DNA of 64,000 nucleotides from Thermoplasmata archaeon (GTDB taxonomy: Archaea; Thermoplasmatota; Thermoplasmata; Lutacidiplasmatales; UBA184): NCBI GenBank assembly GCA_027306505.1, contig DAHUZP010000072.1, forward strand, positions 3,388 through 67,387. Direction: 5' to 3'. Shown here in pieces: positions 60,923 through 64,000 of this stretch. The notes beneath the pieces are model-generated. The model was not told the origin of the DNA, did not search any database, and saw only the letters and a program-made list of their open reading frames with translations. The position numbers and the translations under genes were made by a program. Every line of letters begins with the position of its first letter. The first letter of the stretch is position 1.

Positions 60923-61963
60923 GTGAAGGCGGCCCTGCTCTCCCCTCAAGGGGTCGTCGTTTCCGACCTCCCCGCTCCGCGCGCCGGAGCTGGAGAGATC
61001 GTGGTGGACCTGCGGGCCTGCGGGGTCTGCGGCACGGACCTCGAGAAGGTCCGAGGGAACTACTCGGCCACGGGGAGGATCGGTCACGAGCCCGCCGGGA
61101 TCGTCCGGGAGGTGGGCGAGGGAGCGACGGGCCTGTCGGTCGGGGACCGAGTGTTCGTCCACCATCATGTGTCCTGTGGCACCTGCCCCGTGTGCGCCGC
61201 GGGAACGCCGACGTTCTGTCCTCAGTACCAGTCCACCAACATCGACCCCGGAGGATTCGCGGAGAGCTTCCGGGTCCCTGCGACGAACGTGCGCGCGGGA
61301 GCGGTCCTTCCCCTCCCTCCCCACGTGAGCGACATTGAGGCCACCTTCATCGAGCCCCTGGGCTGCTGCCTCGAGGGGCTGTGGTCGACCCCGTTCCGCG
61401 CCGGCCAGAAGGTCGTCCTCTTGGGGTTGGGACCGATCGGCCTGCTCTATCTCCGGCTCCTCAAGGCCCTCGGGGTGGGATGGGTCGCGGCCGGGGACCT
61501 GTCCCCTTACCGGCGCGAGACCGCCCAACGGAGCGGCGCGGACCTCGCCTTCGACCCTCGAGAGGCCGGTTCGCTGGGGCCCGCTTTGGAGCGGGCGACC
61601 GGTGGTCTGGGAGCGGATCTCGTCGTGGTCGCGACGGGGGCCCCCAGGGCCATCGCGCAAGGGACCGGGTTCTCGCGGCGGGGCGGGACCGTGAACCTAT
61701 TCGGCCTCCCGGAGAAGGGCTCTCGTCTGGACTACGACCTTCAGCAGCTCTACCTTCGTGGGATCCGCATCGTCCCCACCTACGCCACCACCGAACGGGG
61801 AACGAGGGAAGCGCTGAAGCTCATCTCCATGGGGCGCGTGCGGGTCGCTGACCTCGCGACGCACCAGTTCCCGCTAGCGCAGGCCGCCGATGCCTTTGCG
61901 CAGGCCACCCGGACCGAGGAAGCCATCAAGGTCGTGGTCACCATCGGGGCTCCCTCGTCGTGA
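60923..61963 (+). CDS. Zinc-dependent alcohol/sugar dehydrogenase (MDR family)
   Basis: CGVCGTD, GHE, structural Zn CGTCPVC..C, EPLGC and GLGPIG. Confidence 0.92.
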   Translation: MKAALLSPQGVVVSDLPAPRAGAGEIVVDLRACGVCGTDLEKVRGNYSATGRIGHEPAGIVREVGEGATGLSVGDRVFVHHHVSCGTCPVCAAGTPTFCPQYQSTNIDPGGFAESFRVPATNVRAGAVLPLPPHVSDIEATFIEPLGCCLEGLWSTPFRAGQKVVLLGLGPIGLLYLRLLKALGVGWVAAGDLSPYRRETAQRSGADLAFDPREAGSLGPALERATGGLGADLVVVATGAPRAIAQGTGFSRRGGTVNLFGLPEKGSRLDYDLQQLYLRGIRIVPTYATTERGTREALKLISMGRVRVADLATHQFPLAQAADAFAQATRTEEAIKVVVTIGAPSS

Positions 61964-62087
61964 TCCACGGGTCGGAGAGTCCGCCAGCAGCGACCGTATG
62001 GATCGGTGCGTCCCTCGCTCCCGCGCAGGCCCCTCGAAGCCTCTTTAGGGGGGCGCCTTTCGTGCATCTGGCCCGAGGGCGTTGACC

Positions 62088-62933
62088 ATGGACTGGGGAC
62101 TGAAGAACCGACTCTCGCGCATGATCAAGCCGACCACCGGAAAGTCCGTCATGCTCGCGGTGGACCACGGGTACTTCATGGGGCCGACCCACGGGCTCGA
62201 GGTCCCCCGTACCACCATCGCTCCCCTGCTCCCCTACTGCGACGCGCTCGCGTTGACCCGCGGGGTCCTCCGTAACTGCGTGGACCCCGGGGCCGATGTG
62301 CCCATCTTGCTCCGGGTCTCTGGAGGCGCCTCGGTGGTCGGCGAGGACCTCTCCCACGAGGACATCACGACCTCCATGGAGGAGGCGATCCGCCTCAACG
62401 TGGCCGGAGTGGCCATGAGCGTGTTCATCGGGAGCGCCCACGAGCATCCCACCCTCGTCAACCTGGGTAAGCTCGTGGACGAGGGGGAGCGCTTCGGCAT
62501 CCCCGTCGTGGGCATCACGGCCGTGGGCAAGGAGCTCCAGAAGAGGGACTCGCGCTACCTCTCCCTAGCTTCGCGACTATGCGCCGAGATGGGCGCCCAT
62601 GTCATCAAGACCTACTACTGCGAGGAGGGATTCGACAAGGTCGTGGAAGGATGTCCCGCCCCCATCGTTGTCGCTGGCGGCCCCAAGTTCAAGTCGGACA
62701 AGGAGGCCCTGGAACTCGCCCACCACGCGATCGAGATCGGCGCGGTCGGGGTCGACATGGGGAGGAACATCTGGCAGTCCGAGCACCCGGTCGCGATGAT
62801 CCGGGGGATTCGCGCGATTGTCCACGACAAGGCGACCGTCAAGGAGGCGCTCGACGTCATGGCGGAAGCGAGGCAGAGCGCTCCCAGAGCGCTCTCTCCG
62901 ACGAGCCCCCGTCCTAGAGCGAGCCGCGGCTGA
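62088..62933 (+). CDS. lsrF: LsrF-like class I aldolase/thiolase
   Basis: MDWGLKNRLSR, MLAVDHGYFMGP, IKTYYC, AGGPK and GVDMGRNIWQ. Confidence 0.88.
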   Translation: MDWGLKNRLSRMIKPTTGKSVMLAVDHGYFMGPTHGLEVPRTTIAPLLPYCDALALTRGVLRNCVDPGADVPILLRVSGGASVVGEDLSHEDITTSMEEAIRLNVAGVAMSVFIGSAHEHPTLVNLGKLVDEGERFGIPVVGITAVGKELQKRDSRYLSLASRLCAEMGAHVIKTYYCEEGFDKVVEGCPAPIVVAGGPKFKSDKEALELAHHAIEIGAVGVDMGRNIWQSEHPVAMIRGIRAIVHDKATVKEALDVMAEARQSAPRALSPTSPRPRASRG

Positions 62934-62978
62934 ACCGCCCGCCCATTCCCAGGTCCGCCTCCGAGGCCCGGACCGGGC

Positions 62979-63542
62979 CTACCGGCGTGCCCCCCGAGCC
63001 GACCGCTTGGGCCGCGCCTTGCGGCGAGCAGGGTGTGGCGGACGAAGGTCGTAGCGCATCTCCCAGGTCCTCTCGAAGCCCAGGTTCGTGTAGACGCCTC
63101 GCCCCATGTCCGAGGCGTGGAGGCTCACGCGAGGGTAACCCTCTTTCCGGGCCCATCGCAACATCGACCGGATGACCGAGCTCGCGACCCCCCTCCCGCG
63201 CGCCGAGGGCTCGGTGAACATGGACATCACGTAGGGCAGCTTCCCGGCGGGCCAGAGGGGTCGGGGCTGGAGCTCACGGAGCCAGACACAGCCGCTGCCC
63301 ACCGCCGTGCCCCGAGGGAGCTCCACGATGAACCCCACGACCTCGTGGCGGCGCAGGCGGGGAAGCAGCCAGGCCCGGTAGACCCGGTCCGCATCCGCGA
63401 GGGCGCGGGCGCTGTAGGAGGTGTGCGCGTCGATGTCCTCCCACATCCCATGCCGGTGGCAGACCAGGACGTCAACGTCCCGCGGACCCGCATTCCGCAC
63501 GTGGAGTCGGGGCTTGGGCCCACGGGAAGGACGGCTAGCCAT
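62979..63542 (-). CDS. GNAT family N-acetyltransferase
   Basis: MFTEPSARGRGVA and LHASDMGRGVYTNLGF. Confidence 0.85.
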   Translation of the reverse strand: MASRPSRGPKPRLHVRNAGPRDVDVLVCHRHGMWEDIDAHTSYSARALADADRVYRAWLLPRLRRHEVVGFIVELPRGTAVGSGCVWLRELQPRPLWPAGKLPYVMSMFTEPSARGRGVASSVIRSMLRWARKEGYPRVSLHASDMGRGVYTNLGFERTWEMRYDLRPPHPARRKARPKRSARGARR

Positions 63543-63602
63543 GGTCCGGGCCTACGTCTCTGAGGGCGACCTGCCCGAGCTTTGGGGCGATGGACCGCGC
63601 CC

Positions 63603-64000
63603 TCACGCCGGGGCTTCGCGGAGCGCTTTCAGCGCCTTTGCCCAGGGCAGCAGGTCGTTCAGCACCCGACCCAACATTTCCACCTTCGAGGGGTCCGGCT
63701 TGAACGTGGTGTAGTTCTCGAAGTCCGTGCCCAGGTAGAAGAAGGCCTGACTGCGGACGTCCGCGATCTTCACCTCGGCCAACACCAGCCGGAGGCTCTC
63801 AGCGGCGCGGACACCTCCCGCGCTACCGTAGCTCACGATCCCGGCGGCCTTGTTGTTCCACTCGGCCCAAACGAAATCGATCGCGTTCTTGAGGGCGCCC
63901 GTGAGGCCGTGGTTGTACTCCGGCGTGATGAAGATGTATCCGTCGAACGACGCGACCTTCTCCGCCCAGCGCTTGGTGTGGTCCTTGGAATAGCGCCCCA
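63603..64000 (-). CDS. NADPH-dependent FMN reductase (5' end beyond the window)
   Basis: FITPEYNHG, ALKNAID and WNNKAAGIVSYG..GGVRA. Confidence 0.9.
   Translation of the reverse strand, partial: GRYSKDHTKRWAEKVASFDGYIFITPEYNHGLTGALKNAIDFVWAEWNNKAAGIVSYGSAGGVRAAESLRLVLAEVKIADVRSQAFFYLGTDFENYTTFKPDPSKVEMLGRVLNDLLPWAKALKALREAPA

Overview
This window comes from a high-GC archaeon, most likely a Thermoplasmata lineage. The evidence is archaeal NAC, Dph2, PAC2 and DUF131 together with DNA gyrase, class II HMG-CoA reductase, thermopsin-type ESGLP-x-GT-x-W repeats and TATA-like boxes about 25 nt before several starts. It holds about 45 protein genes and one tRNA-Val(CAC). I saw no CRISPR array, rRNA, transposase or integrase. 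Housekeeping content includes gyrB with a mini-intein, grpE-HMGR-pdxT, purA, aminotransferases, a ribosome/proteostasis cluster (PAC2, RimI/Ard1, CBS-HPF fusion, NAC, Nudix, Dph2, DUF131), a UDP-sulfoquinovose synthase/glycosyltransferase region and an lsrF-like aldolase with a Zn-dehydrogenase. These are interleaved with many large secreted, membrane-anchored proteins (YVTN propellers, PKD/Ig stalks, vWA, S53 protease). The best candidate for an undescribed system is the translationally coupled pair at 1110-4675. It encodes a secreted protein with a complete CuA-type cupredoxin head on six PKD domains and a membrane anchor, followed by a stand-alone RnfD/NqrB-like membrane protein with no other rnf/nqr, cox or nos genes in the window. 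This may be an archaeal extracellular electron-transfer module. All calls come from reading motifs by eye; no database search was run. Several start codons were moved downstream of the ORF-track starts.
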